Assembly (NCBI GenBank): GCA_002238785.1
Contig: MPNA01000003.1
Coordinates: 7,368-71,367, forward strand
DNA: 64,000 bases
Reading direction: 5' to 3'
Origin: a bacterium OM1 bin76
GTDB lineage: Bacteria > Actinomycetota > Acidimicrobiia > Spongiisociales > ZC4RG35
Below the pieces are notes generated by a model, which did no database searches, was not told the DNA's origin, and saw nothing but the letters and a program-made list of their open reading frames with translations. Of the stretch, positions 29,783 through 40,313 are shown piece after piece. How positions within the stretch are numbered: the stretch's first letter is position 1; every line of letters begins with the position of its first letter. The position numbers and the translations under genes were made by a program.

Positions 29783-31663
29783 ATGAAGAAATTACTCGCA
29801 CTGCTCGCCATTCTGGCCTTGGTTGCAACGGCCTGTGGAGAGGACACCTCGGAAGCTGAGGCCGCAGCCGAAGCCGCGGCCGCAGCCCGCGCCGCCGCCG
29901 AAGCACAGGCAGCCGAAGCCGAAGCGGCAGCCGAAGCAGCCGAAGCCGAAGCCGAAGCCGCGGCCGCGGAAGCTGCCGAAGCGCAGGCTGCCCTGGATGA
30001 GGCCATGGCGGAACTGGAAGACACCAAGATGGCCGCCGAAGAAGGGGACGAAGCAGCCATGGAAGCATTGGCTGAGGCCGAAGCGAAGGCAGCCGAAGCC
30101 GAAGCAATGGCAGCCGAAGCCGAAGCAATGGTAGCCGAAGCCGAGGCGGCAGCCGCCGCGGCCGAGATGGAGTTGGAAGAGGCCACCATGGCGATGGAAG
30201 AGGAGATACCTGTCGGTGGGACTCTCGTCATCGCCCAAAGCGCCGATCCCACTGGTCTTCATCCGAATCGCTACGGATCGACGGCCTCCCGTAACGTCGT
30301 CACCAACATCTATGACACCCTGGTTGAGTTCAACCTGAACACCTATGAGATTGTGCCTTCGCTGGCCACTTCGTGGACCGTCTCAGAAGACGGTCTGTCG
30401 CATGTCTTCAATATTCGTCCAGACGTGATCTTTCACGACGGCTCGGATCTGGACGCCGTTGACGTTGTTCGCTCAATCGAACGCGCGCAGGAGCCTGGAT
30501 CTGGAAGGACAGCTTCCTTGCTGACTCGGGTCGCTGAAGTCGAAGCGATTGACGACCTCACCGTGGAGGTTCGGCTCTCAGAGCCGGATCGCATATTACA
30601 CAGCACGCTGATCGACGTGTATATATCGCCTTCTGAGGACATCGACTTGAACCAGACGCCTACTGGCACCGGCCCGTACAGGTTCGTCTCCTGGGAGAGA
30701 AATCAGCGGGTTGTCATAGAGCGCAACCCCGACTTCTGGGGCGACGCTTACCTGGACAGGATCGAGTACGTCACCGTTCCTGATTTCAGCGTCCAGTCGT
30801 TGCAGCTTCGCTCCGGCGAGGTCCACATGCTGGCCCAGGGTCCGTTGGCCGAGTTGGCAACCCTCAGCGAGGCGGGCATGGTACTCGCCAGTCCAACAGG
30901 GAACACCGGCCTGTATCACTTCCACGTCAACACCCGCCGGGACATCTGGTCGAATCCGTTGGTGCGCCAGGCGACCAGCATGGCGATTGATCGCCCTGCG
31001 CTACAACGAACCCTGCTGGGCCACATGCAGATTCTTTCCAACCCCATGGAGAGCAACGCGCAGTTCTTCAACCCGGACGCGGCCTCATACAACGCTCCTG
31101 ATGTCGACGGAGCGAAGGCCCTTCTCGAGAGTGCGGGGTATCCCGACGGCTTCGACGGCGGGGAAATGATAGTCTGCGATACGGACGACGAACACACCTG
31201 GCTGGCCCAGGCCGTTCAGGAGCAACTGAGATCCAGCTTGAACATCAACATCGAGCTGAACATCATGGATGTGGCAACCTATGTGAACAGAACGCTCCCC
31301 ACCCACACGAGCGACCCTGACCAGCTTGGCCTGTACGACTTGGCCGCGTGCGCAATGGTGCCCAAGCCGGACGAGTACGACTTGCTGAATCATCCCTACA
31401 ACAAACTCTTCGTTGAGACCATGGGATGGATCGACCACAAGCCCGAGTTCTTCGAACTGCTGGCCAGTGCCCGATCCATCGCTTCCAACATTGAGTACAA
31501 GGAAGCCATACACCAGTTGCAGTTGTGGGCCATGGAGGAACAACCCCAGATCGTCCTCGGAGGGCGAATGAACCCCATACCCCACAGTCCCAACGTCCAA
31601 GGCTTCATCTCGCATACTCAAGGGACCCTTTACCTCACCGATGTCTACCTGACAGGGGGCTAA
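29783..31663 (+). CDS. ABC transporter substrate-binding lipoprotein, family 5, copy 2 (tandem paralog) with Ala/Glu-rich linker
   Basis: MKKLLALLAILALVATACGE, an A/E-rich linker, and an SBP domain roughly 70-75% identical by eye to copy 1. Confidence 0.8.
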   Translation: MKKLLALLAILALVATACGEDTSEAEAAAEAAAAARAAAEAQAAEAEAAAEAAEAEAEAAAAEAAEAQAALDEAMAELEDTKMAAEEGDEAAMEALAEAEAKAAEAEAMAAEAEAMVAEAEAAAAAAEMELEEATMAMEEEIPVGGTLVIAQSADPTGLHPNRYGSTASRNVVTNIYDTLVEFNLNTYEIVPSLATSWTVSEDGLSHVFNIRPDVIFHDGSDLDAVDVVRSIERAQEPGSGRTASLLTRVAEVEAIDDLTVEVRLSEPDRILHSTLIDVYISPSEDIDLNQTPTGTGPYRFVSWERNQRVVIERNPDFWGDAYLDRIEYVTVPDFSVQSLQLRSGEVHMLAQGPLAELATLSEAGMVLASPTGNTGLYHFHVNTRRDIWSNPLVRQATSMAIDRPALQRTLLGHMQILSNPMESNAQFFNPDAASYNAPDVDGAKALLESAGYPDGFDGGEMIVCDTDDEHTWLAQAVQEQLRSSLNINIELNIMDVATYVNRTLPTHTSDPDQLGLYDLAACAMVPKPDEYDLLNHPYNKLFVETMGWIDHKPEFFELLASARSIASNIEYKEAIHQLQLWAMEEQPQIVLGGRMNPIPHSPNVQGFISHTQGTLYLTDVYLTGG

Positions 31664-31685
31664 GTCCCGCTAAAGGCAAACTCAG

Positions 31686-31722
31686 GAAGGAGGGGACGTT
31701 CTCCCAGCGTCCCCTCCTCTCC
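31686..31722 (+). terminator. stem-loop downstream of SBP copy 2 (GGAAGGAGGGGACG ... CGTCCCCTCCTCTCC)
   Basis: Near-perfect inverted repeat. Its 3-prime flank (GTCCCGCTA.AG...) is shared with copy 1. Confidence 0.35.
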
Positions 31723-31762
31723 TCCCGCCCAAACGTCGCCCAGCAAAGTATCTTCTATCTCG

Positions 31763-32759
31763 ATGCCAATTCCGTTGCTAACCGTCGAAAACCTTTCGGT
31801 CCGGTTCAAGACCCCTGATCAGGTGATCAATGCCGTCAATGGCGTGAGTTTCTCCCTCAACACCGGGGAGACCCTCGGAATAGTCGGCGAGTCCGGATCC
31901 GGCAAGACGGTGACGGTGCTGAGCATCCTGGGGCTCATCCCCAAACCCCCCGGGGAGATTGCCGGTCGAAGGGCAGGACTTGCTGCCCCTGTCCACGGAA
32001 GCGCTCCGCTCGATCCGGGGACAGGAGATCTCCATGGTGTTCCAGGATCCCATGACCTCGCTGAACCCGGTTATCAAGGTGGGGGAGCAACTGCGGGAAG
32101 CTCTGTGGACCCACAATCCTTCCGATTCCAAGTCCAATCACCGCCGGCGCGGCATCGAGTTGCTGGACATGGTGGGGATCCCGCAACCGGAACGGCGCTA
32201 CAACCAGTTTCCCCACGAGTATTCCGGCGGAATGCGCCAGCGCGCCATGATCGCCATGGCCATGGCCAACCGGCCCAAGCTGCTGATCGCCGACGAACCC
32301 ACCACGGCGCTGGACGTGACCATCCAGGCGCAGGTGATCGAGACCCTCAAGGCAGCCCGCGAGGAGACGGGGGCGGCTTCCATCCTCATCACCCACGACC
32401 TGGGTCTGGTCTCCCAGATTGCCGACCGGGTTATTGTGATGTACGCTGGCCGGATCGTGGAGGAGGGCCGCATCGGCGACATCTTCTCCCGGCCACGGCA
32501 TCCCTACACGATCGGACTGCTGGCTTCCATTCCTTCGATCACTCAAAGGAGGACGAAACTCTACTCCATTCCCGGCCAGCCTCCGGACATGGCCAACGTA
32601 CCCCCGGGCTGCCCCTTCCATCCCCGGTGCGCCGTTGGAGGGGAGCGTTCGGTCTGCCGATCCGACTCTCCTCGGCTGCTGGAGGTGGGATCCGCACAGC
32701 AGGCAGCCTGTCACTTCACCGAGGAGGCGGCATCCTGGTTCACCGAGAGAGCAACATGA
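31763..32759 (+). CDS. oligopeptide/dipeptide ABC transporter ATP-binding protein (OppD/DppD-like), frameshifted near 31960
   Basis: The N-terminus [15 protein letters not shown]...[12 protein letters not shown]...[10 protein letters not shown] is in one frame. It continues in another frame (from 31959) as [10 protein letters not shown]...[14 protein letters not shown]...LSGG-like...HPYT. A few nucleotides appear to be missing between EIAG and VEGQ. Confidence 0.7.
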
Positions 32760-33762
32760 ACACCGACGCCGCCCAGAAGCCGATCCTCGATATCCGGGAT
32801 ATCACCACCAGTTACCACATCCGCCGCAGCGGCGCCCAGAAGGCCACCAGCCTGGTGGCGGTGGAGAACGTCACCCTGTCCATCAAACCCGGTGAGACTC
32901 TGGGCCTGGTGGGAGAGTCGGGGTGCGGCAAGTCCACCCTGGGGAGGACCATCATCCGACTGCTGGAGCCCTCGGCGGGAACGGTCAGCTTTGCGGGACA
33001 GGACATCACCCACTGCGACCACCGACAGATGCGTCCCCTGCGCCAGGAGATGCAGATCGTCTTCCAGGATCCCTACGCCTCCCTCAATCCCCGGTTCAAA
33101 GTCCAACAGATCCTGTACGAGCCCTTCCGTATCCATGGCATCCCCCGGGCGGTGGCCAGCCAAAAGATTCCGGAACTGCTCTCCCTGGTTCAGTTGCCAC
33201 CCGACTCCCTGCGCCGGTTCCCCCACGAGTTCTCCGGCGGCCAGCGACAGCGGATCGCTATCGCCCGAGCCCTGGCCCTGGAGCCCTCTCTTCTGGTGCT
33301 GGACGAACCGGTGTCGGCGCTGGACGTCTCCATCCAGGCCCAGATTCTCAACTTGCTGGAAGACCTGCAAACCGAACTCGGCCTGGCGTATCTGTTCATC
33401 GCCCACGATCTATCGGTGGTGGGCCAGGTCTCCGATCGCGTGGCGGTCATGTACCTGGGCCGCATTGTGGAAGAAGGCCCCCGGGACGCGGTCTTCAACT
33501 CCCCCCAGCATCCCTACACGATCGCCCTCCTGTCGGCGATCCCCGATATCTCCGCCGCCCAGGGTCGACAGACCCGGGAGCGGATAATTCTCACCGGCGA
33601 CCTGCCCAATCCCCTCGATCCGCCATCCGGTTGCCGGTTCAGAACCCGGTGCTGGCGAGGCGACCAACTCTGCGTCGACCAGGACCCTCAATTGGCGCCT
33701 GTCTCCGACAGCCTGGTGGCCTGCCATTACCCGGGCGGGGAAGACCACTCCGGCGCACGATC

Positions 33763-33766
<4 letters not shown>
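32756..33766 (+). CDS. oligopeptide ABC transporter ATP-binding protein (OppF/DppF-like)
   Basis: LVGESGCGKSTLGR...IVFQDPYASLNPR...FSGGQRQRIAIARAL...LVLDEPVSALD. ATGA overlap with the upstream gene. Confidence 0.8.
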
Positions 33767-34710
<944 letters not shown>

Positions 34711-34732
34711 GCAGAGAAGGACCAACCCGGAT

Positions 34733-35590
34733 ATGACATCTACCGCACAGTTCTCGGAGAGACGCAAGATCTGGAGGAGGATCGTCCACAATCCCCTTCA
34801 CCTCTTCACGCTCAGCATGGTGACGCTGCTGGTGCTGATGGCGGTGTTCGCCGATCTCGTGGCGCCTTACGGCGCAATCGAAGTGGTCGCCTATCCCTTC
34901 CAGTTGCCTACCGAACAGTTCTGGCTGGGTACCGACGAGATAGGAAGGGACATCTTCAGCCGGGTCATCCACGGGTCGCGCGTCTCGCTGTACGTGGGCT
35001 TTGCCTCCACGGCCATCGCGGTGATATTCGGGGTGCCGATGGGCGTGGTCAGCGGGTACTTCGGCAAGCTCACCGACACCATAATGATGCGCACCACCGA
35101 CGGCCTGCTGGCTTTCCCTCCCATCATCTTGGCCATGGCCATGGTGGCGGTGCTGGGAACCAACCTGCGGAACACCATCATCGCCATCGGGATAGTGCAG
35201 ATCCCCCGTTTCGCCCGTCTGGTGCGAGGAATGGCCCTCTCCCTCAAAGAGAGCGAATTCATCACCGCCGGCAGAGCCTTGGGCGCCAGTCATGTATATC
35301 TGATGCAACGGTCGCTCCTGCCCAACCTGACCTCGATCATCCTGGTGCAGTTCACTCTCACTTTCGCCACCGCGGTGCTAACCGAGGCCGCCCTCAGTTT
35401 CCTGGGTCTGGGCGCTCAGCCTCCCGCCCCGTCCTGGGGCGCCATGCTCCTCTCCGGAAAGACCCTGATCTCCACCAATCCGTACCTGGCGTTGGGAGCG
35501 GGAAGCGCCATATTCCTCACCGTGCTGATCTTCACCCTGCTGGGCGACACCCTCACCGACCTGCTCAACCCCTACCGCACCGACCGTTAA
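34733..35590 (+). CDS. ABC transporter permease (OppC/DppC-like)
   Basis: Six TM segments and an EAA motif region (ITAGRALGASHVYLMQRSLLPN). Confidence 0.8.
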   Translation: MTSTAQFSERRKIWRRIVHNPLHLFTLSMVTLLVLMAVFADLVAPYGAIEVVAYPFQLPTEQFWLGTDEIGRDIFSRVIHGSRVSLYVGFASTAIAVIFGVPMGVVSGYFGKLTDTIMMRTTDGLLAFPPIILAMAMVAVLGTNLRNTIIAIGIVQIPRFARLVRGMALSLKESEFITAGRALGASHVYLMQRSLLPNLTSIILVQFTLTFATAVLTEAALSFLGLGAQPPAPSWGAMLLSGKTLISTNPYLALGAGSAIFLTVLIFTLLGDTLTDLLNPYRTDR

Positions 35591-35638
35591 AGGACAGGGG
35601 CTTCCCGGTCACGGAGAGACTCCCGAAGCGATCGATCA

Positions 35639-36763
35639 TCACAACTTGTACTTTTGGATGACGCTCTCCTGCACGTCGATGCCCAGACCGGGTCGCTCCG
35701 TGGGGATGCCGACGGTGCCCCGATCATGGACGAAGGGGTTGGTGACCAGTTCATGCTGCATCGGATTCTCGATCGGCTTGAACTCGAACAGCAGACATCG
35801 GTCCGTGCTAAACGACAGCGCCAGGCTGGCCGAGGTCACCACTGCGCTGCTCCACGCATGGGCGTTGAACCACACTCCTGCTTCTTCCACCAGGCGAATG
35901 ATCCGCAGGGAGCCGGTGAGGCCCCCGACGCGACCGGGGTCGACTCCCAACACGTCGGCGTTGCCGGTGCCGATCACCTCGCGGTAGCCGTCCTCGTCCC
36001 ACTCCCGCTCTCCCCAAGCCAGCATGGTGTTCACGGCGCCTCGGAGTCTCTGGTAGTTGATGTACTCGCGGGGCTCGAAGGGCTCCTCCATCCACCGCAG
36101 TCCGTACTGTTCCCATTCGCGGATCAGTCGGATGGCGTGTTCCAGGTCCCAAGTGCAGTTGACACCTCGATCCAGCATGATCCAGGCATCGGGACCCACC
36201 GCCTCCCGGAGCCGGCGCATGAATTCGATGTCCCGTTTGGCATCGTAACCCAGGCGGGTAATCCCCGCCTTGCCCAATCCGATCTTCACCCCCCGGTAAC
36301 CGTCTTCCTGCACCCACCGGCCGTGTTTTTCGATCTCCTCGTCCATGGTCAGGAAGGCGTGGGTGCTGGCAATGGCCGGAAGCGAATCCCGGACGGGGCC
36401 GCCCAGCATCCTGAGAACCGACTGGCCCAAGTCCTTTCCCTTCAGGTCCCACAGGGCCAGGTCGATAGCCGAGAGAGCAAAATGAGAAATCCCGCCCCGA
36501 TATCCATACCACCAGGCGTGCTTGCGCAACTTCCGCCAGATGGCGATGTTGTCAGCCACGTCCCGTCCCAGAATGAGTTCCCCCATCCCTGAGATGATCT
36601 GCTCGGTTGCTCGGCACGCCTCCGGCCACATGGTCACCGACTCTCCCCATCCCACGGTCCCATCGGTGGTCTCGATCCGGCAAAAGGTGAGGTGCCGGGT
36701 GGCGCCCGAGTCGTTGGGCTCGGGATAGGCGACCGAGATTGGAGTTACTTTGGCTATGCGCAT
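35639..36763 (-). CDS. enolase-superfamily enzyme (mandelate racemase/muconate lactonizing/D-galactonate dehydratase-like)
   Basis: MRIAKVTPISVAYP...TDGTVGWGES...SAIDLALWDLKGK...; metal-ligand D/E/D spacing typical of the MR subgroup. Confidence 0.7.
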   Translation of the reverse strand: MRIAKVTPISVAYPEPNDSGATRHLTFCRIETTDGTVGWGESVTMWPEACRATEQIISGMGELILGRDVADNIAIWRKLRKHAWWYGYRGGISHFALSAIDLALWDLKGKDLGQSVLRMLGGPVRDSLPAIASTHAFLTMDEEIEKHGRWVQEDGYRGVKIGLGKAGITRLGYDAKRDIEFMRRLREAVGPDAWIMLDRGVNCTWDLEHAIRLIREWEQYGLRWMEEPFEPREYINYQRLRGAVNTMLAWGEREWDEDGYREVIGTGNADVLGVDPGRVGGLTGSLRIIRLVEEAGVWFNAHAWSSAVVTSASLALSFSTDRCLLFEFKPIENPMQHELVTNPFVHDRGTVGIPTERPGLGIDVQESVIQKYKL

Positions 36764-36903
36764 CACTATCTCCTGTTCCGGGACCACTCAGCCCCTATTT
36801 CTGCAAGAAAGCCCTATGAGGTAATGGTAGAGCACAGACCCTCCGGCGCTCCGATGGGAGAGAGAGTTAAATGACGGGGAGAATCCCCGGGCCGAGGCCG
36901 GTG

Positions 36904-38322
36904 TCAGACCGCCCGGACCTCGAAGCCCATCCACTGCGACATCAACTCCAGGGTTCGGAGGTGATGACCGGGAGTCAGCACACTGTGATGGGTGGCGCCG
37001 GCATTGCAGAATCGTTGGAACGCCTCACGGGCCGGGCCGGAGGAAAAACGGAACATCCCGTTTGGTCCCTCAATCGCCTCGTGCCGGGAGCCGATGATTT
37101 CCCCCTCGCCCACCACCAGCGCCCATCCTCCGTCTGCCCCCGCGATGGGTGACATGCTGAGCAAAGTGGCCGGACCGGTGGGAAGAGAGAAGACGATGGC
37201 GGTGCCCGGACCTCCCACACCCATGTAATGGTCTTCGGGCAAAAGGATGATGGGTCGGGCGGGATCGGCCATCGACACATCGCTCTCACCACCGTTGGCC
37301 AACAACACCCAGTCGCCCTGGAAGTCCACGCCATAGACCTCGCAGTACAAAGACCCTCCCGCTACGGCCTTTCCGATCACTAAGGCGATCCCAGCGGGAA
37401 GGTCGCCGGTGCACGATAGAGGCGTTCCAGATTCGGTCTGACAGGTAACCCCTAGGCAGGCGGTGATCCCGACTTCAGGATTCCAGCGGAACATGTCACC
37501 ATGACAGTTCACCGTCCCGCCTGCCAGGTCGTTCCGTTCGCATATGTCCTGAATGGCCAGAGCCAAGCGGGCCGAACGTTGAAGTGTCCCATCTGGGACT
37601 TTGTCTGTCTCAAAGCGTCCTCGAAGGCTTTCGGCCAGTTTCTGGATGCTCTCCTCTGACGCTCCGGCAAAAGCCGAATTGAGCTCCTCCCTGGACACGG
37701 ACACCATCTCCAGACCCAGCCGTGCCACCTCTTCAGGCGTCGCCTCCACATCCAGATACCCTCCGATCGGAGCGCCGATCGCTCCCACCCGCGATCCCTG
37801 AAGCCGGTTAGCCAGCGCCGCCGCCCGGACCGTTTCCGCCACCTCCGCCGCGAACTCATCCGACTCCAACCGCCCCACCAGGGTGACCATCGGTTTGCCC
37901 TCCCGTGCCAGCACGTTGGTGAACATCACCAGGCCCACCAGGGTACTCCGCTGGGTTCCCTCCTCGGTGGTGTACACGTCGGGTATCGAAGTGAGTTCTT
38001 GAGCGGCCACCGAGATGATCGGAACATCCAGCCCGCAGATAGCCTCCCACCCGTAACTGGGAGGCGCGGCCATCGAAGGAACGAAAACCACCACTTCGAC
38101 CTGCTCAGCCGCGAAGACTCCGCTTGCTCGCCGCCCGGCCTCCTCGGAGTCCACCAGACCCGGATAGACCACGTCTCCCCCAGCAGACAAAAACTCGGTG
38201 AAACGGCGCGCCAGGGCTTCTCGGTCCTGCCGGAACTCCGGCGGCATCGCCTCGTCGAACAATCCGAAATAGACCGACAGTTGGCCGATACGAGGTGGGC
38301 GGTGCAGGGGGGTGCTGCTCAT
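36904..38322 (-). CDS. L-arabinose/L-fucose isomerase-family protein (putative sugar isomerase)
   Basis: About 470 aa. Central FVPSMAAPPSYGWE/…ANGGESD…HHSVLTPGHH resemble the AraA/FucI-like fold. Assignment is approximate. Confidence 0.4.
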   Translation of the reverse strand: MSSTPLHRPPRIGQLSVYFGLFDEAMPPEFRQDREALARRFTEFLSAGGDVVYPGLVDSEEAGRRASGVFAAEQVEVVVFVPSMAAPPSYGWEAICGLDVPIISVAAQELTSIPDVYTTEEGTQRSTLVGLVMFTNVLAREGKPMVTLVGRLESDEFAAEVAETVRAAALANRLQGSRVGAIGAPIGGYLDVEATPEEVARLGLEMVSVSREELNSAFAGASEESIQKLAESLRGRFETDKVPDGTLQRSARLALAIQDICERNDLAGGTVNCHGDMFRWNPEVGITACLGVTCQTESGTPLSCTGDLPAGIALVIGKAVAGGSLYCEVYGVDFQGDWVLLANGGESDVSMADPARPIILLPEDHYMGVGGPGTAIVFSLPTGPATLLSMSPIAGADGGWALVVGEGEIIGSRHEAIEGPNGMFRFSSGPAREAFQRFCNAGATHHSVLTPGHHLRTLELMSQWMGFEVRAV

Positions 38323-38378
38323 CAGTTGGCCTAACTTTAATGGCAACGCCCATCCCGCCAACCAAAGGAACGACCCTC

Positions 38379-39245
38379 ATGCGGCTTTCGTGCGCCGACT
38401 ATTCCTTCCCGCTCCTCCCCTATCAGGTGAACCTCGATCTGATCAAGGGATTGGAATTCGACGCGGTGGACGTGGCGGTCTTCTCAGGCAATCCCAACAA
38501 TTCCGCCGAAGAGGTGATCGCTGACCCGACCGGGGTAGGTCGACGGGTAAAAGGCATGATCCACGACACCGGGTTGGTGGTGGCGGACGTCTTTCCCATT
38601 GTGATAACCGACTTCAGGCCTGTGTTTGACGTGCAGTCGGCAGCGCCCAATAACCCCTCACCCCAGGTGCGCCGCCAGGCTCGAGAAGACTTCCGTCGTT
38701 TCGTCGAGTTCACCCTGGTCTGTGAGTCTCCGGGACTCACCATCCTGCCGGGATGCCCCTTCGAAGGAGGCGACCCCTCCCGGGACTGGGGACTGGCAGT
38801 GCAAGAACTGGCCTGGCGGGTGGACGTGGCCCAGGAAGCCGGCTTGGAACTGGGCTTCGAACCGCACATCGGCTCCATCACAGAGACTCCCGAAACCACC
38901 GCCCAGTTCGTAGCGGAGGTACCTGGCCTCAAGGTGTGCCTCGACTTCGCCCACTTCGTCTACCAGGGCATCTCCCAAGACCGCATCGAAAGGCTGCTGC
39001 CGATATCCCGACACCACCAGGTCCGGCAAGCGGCTGAGGGCGTGATGCAAGCCATCTCCTACGAGGGAACCATCGACATTAAACGGTTGGTGAGGCAGTT
39101 AATCGCGCAGGGTTACGAGGGCTTCATAGCCGCCGAGTATGTGTGGATGCAAAAGTGGGCGTGTGACCGGGTGGACAACCTCTGCGAAACCATCCATGTT
39201 CGCAACCAGATCCGCGAGGCGCTGGCAGATCTGAGTTCAAACTGA
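38379..39245 (+). CDS. sugar phosphate isomerase/epimerase (xylose-isomerase-like TIM barrel)
   Basis: Starts MRLSCADYSFPLL...LEFDAVDV...; ATG at 38379 after an AAAGGAA ribosome-binding site. Confidence 0.6.
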   Translation: MRLSCADYSFPLLPYQVNLDLIKGLEFDAVDVAVFSGNPNNSAEEVIADPTGVGRRVKGMIHDTGLVVADVFPIVITDFRPVFDVQSAAPNNPSPQVRRQAREDFRRFVEFTLVCESPGLTILPGCPFEGGDPSRDWGLAVQELAWRVDVAQEAGLELGFEPHIGSITETPETTAQFVAEVPGLKVCLDFAHFVYQGISQDRIERLLPISRHHQVRQAAEGVMQAISYEGTIDIKRLVRQLIAQGYEGFIAAEYVWMQKWACDRVDNLCETIHVRNQIREALADLSSN

Positions 39246-39290
39246 ATCCGTGCGCCCAAGGTGGGTGAGCCGGTCTCGGTGAGTCGGCGC

Positions 39291-40313
39291 CTACCGGCCG
39301 TGGCGGCGGTCGGCCATTGCGCGGACCGCTTCCTCGGGGAAGTGGTCCCAGACGATGGACAGGGCCGCGGCCGCCCTGGCTGGGAGGGTGGCGATGATTC
39401 CATCTATTTCCTGCAGATCGCTTTCTGACAACTCCCAGTCCTCGGCGCCGGCCATCGCCTCGATGTGGCGCGGCGTCTTGGCCCCTATCAGAGTTGAAGT
39501 AACACCGGGGGTGGCCAGTGTCCAAGCCACGGCCAGTTGCACCAGGCTCCGGTCGTGGTCCCGCGCCCACCCTTCCAGCCGATTCGACAGCCGCGCCCAT
39601 TCCGGATAGACATCGGGCTGAAACCGGGGCAGATAGAAACGCTCGTCATGAGTCGGAAAGGTGCGGTCGGGCGACAATCCGTCGGCAAGCAGACCTCGGG
39701 CGAGGGGGCTGAAGGCGAACACGTGCACTCCATTCTCTCGTGACCAGGGAATGATCGATTCTCCCACCGGCAGGTGGATTCCGTCGTCCGTGCCCATCTG
39801 GTCATAGAGCGACCATAGGTTCTGGGTCGAGAATAGGGAGACGGTGGTGGAAAGCTCCTCCATCAGAGAAACCGGCAGGTTGCAGACACCCACGTTCAGC
39901 ACGTCGCCGCTTTCCACCAACCGCGCCAGGGACTCCCCTACCTCGGCCATGGAAGGTGCGTCATCGAAGGTGATCACCCAGTCCGGCGGGCCGTGCAACT
40001 GGAGGAGGTCGATTCGATCGGTGCGTAGTTTTCTCAGGCTGTTATTCAATGAGACCCGCATGTTCTCGTAGGTGTAGGGCTCGTTGGGAAACACCTTGGT
40101 GGCCAGGAAAACCTGATCCCGCCGACCTGACAGGAACCGGCCCAACCTCACCTCGGAATCGAGGTATCCCTCCGCGGTGTCGAAGAAGGTCCAGCTGGCA
40201 TCCAGGGCCGCGTCCACGGTGGCGCGGGCTGTATCCAGGTCCAGTTCCCCGTATCCACCCCCGAGGGGGTAGCAGCCCAGGGCGAGCTTCGAGAGTCTCG
40301 GATCACTCATCAT
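39291..40313 (-). CDS. aldo/keto reductase
   Basis: LALGCYPLGGGYGELDLDTARATVDAALDASWTFFDTAEGY...IDLLQLHGPP. Confidence 0.75.
   Translation of the reverse strand: MMSDPRLSKLALGCYPLGGGYGELDLDTARATVDAALDASWTFFDTAEGYLDSEVRLGRFLSGRRDQVFLATKVFPNEPYTYENMRVSLNNSLRKLRTDRIDLLQLHGPPDWVITFDDAPSMAEVGESLARLVESGDVLNVGVCNLPVSLMEELSTTVSLFSTQNLWSLYDQMGTDDGIHLPVGESIIPWSRENGVHVFAFSPLARGLLADGLSPDRTFPTHDERFYLPRFQPDVYPEWARLSNRLEGWARDHDRSLVQLAVAWTLATPGVTSTLIGAKTPRHIEAMAGAEDWELSESDLQEIDGIIATLPARAAAALSIVWDHFPEEAVRAMADRRHGR

Noticed and set aside
27800-30195. CRISPR-like or other spaced repeats suggested by the periodic GCCGAAGCC strings
   Set aside because: The periodicity is codon-level (Ala/Glu) within CDSs, not repeat-spacer architecture, and no cas genes are present.
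27715-30262. Minus-strand ORFs overlapping the Ala/Glu-rich linker regions (27715..28272, 27752..28366, 29752..30252, 29792..30262)
   Set aside because: They arise from GC-rich codon repeats read on the opposite strand. The sense-strand SBPs have strong lipobox and domain evidence.
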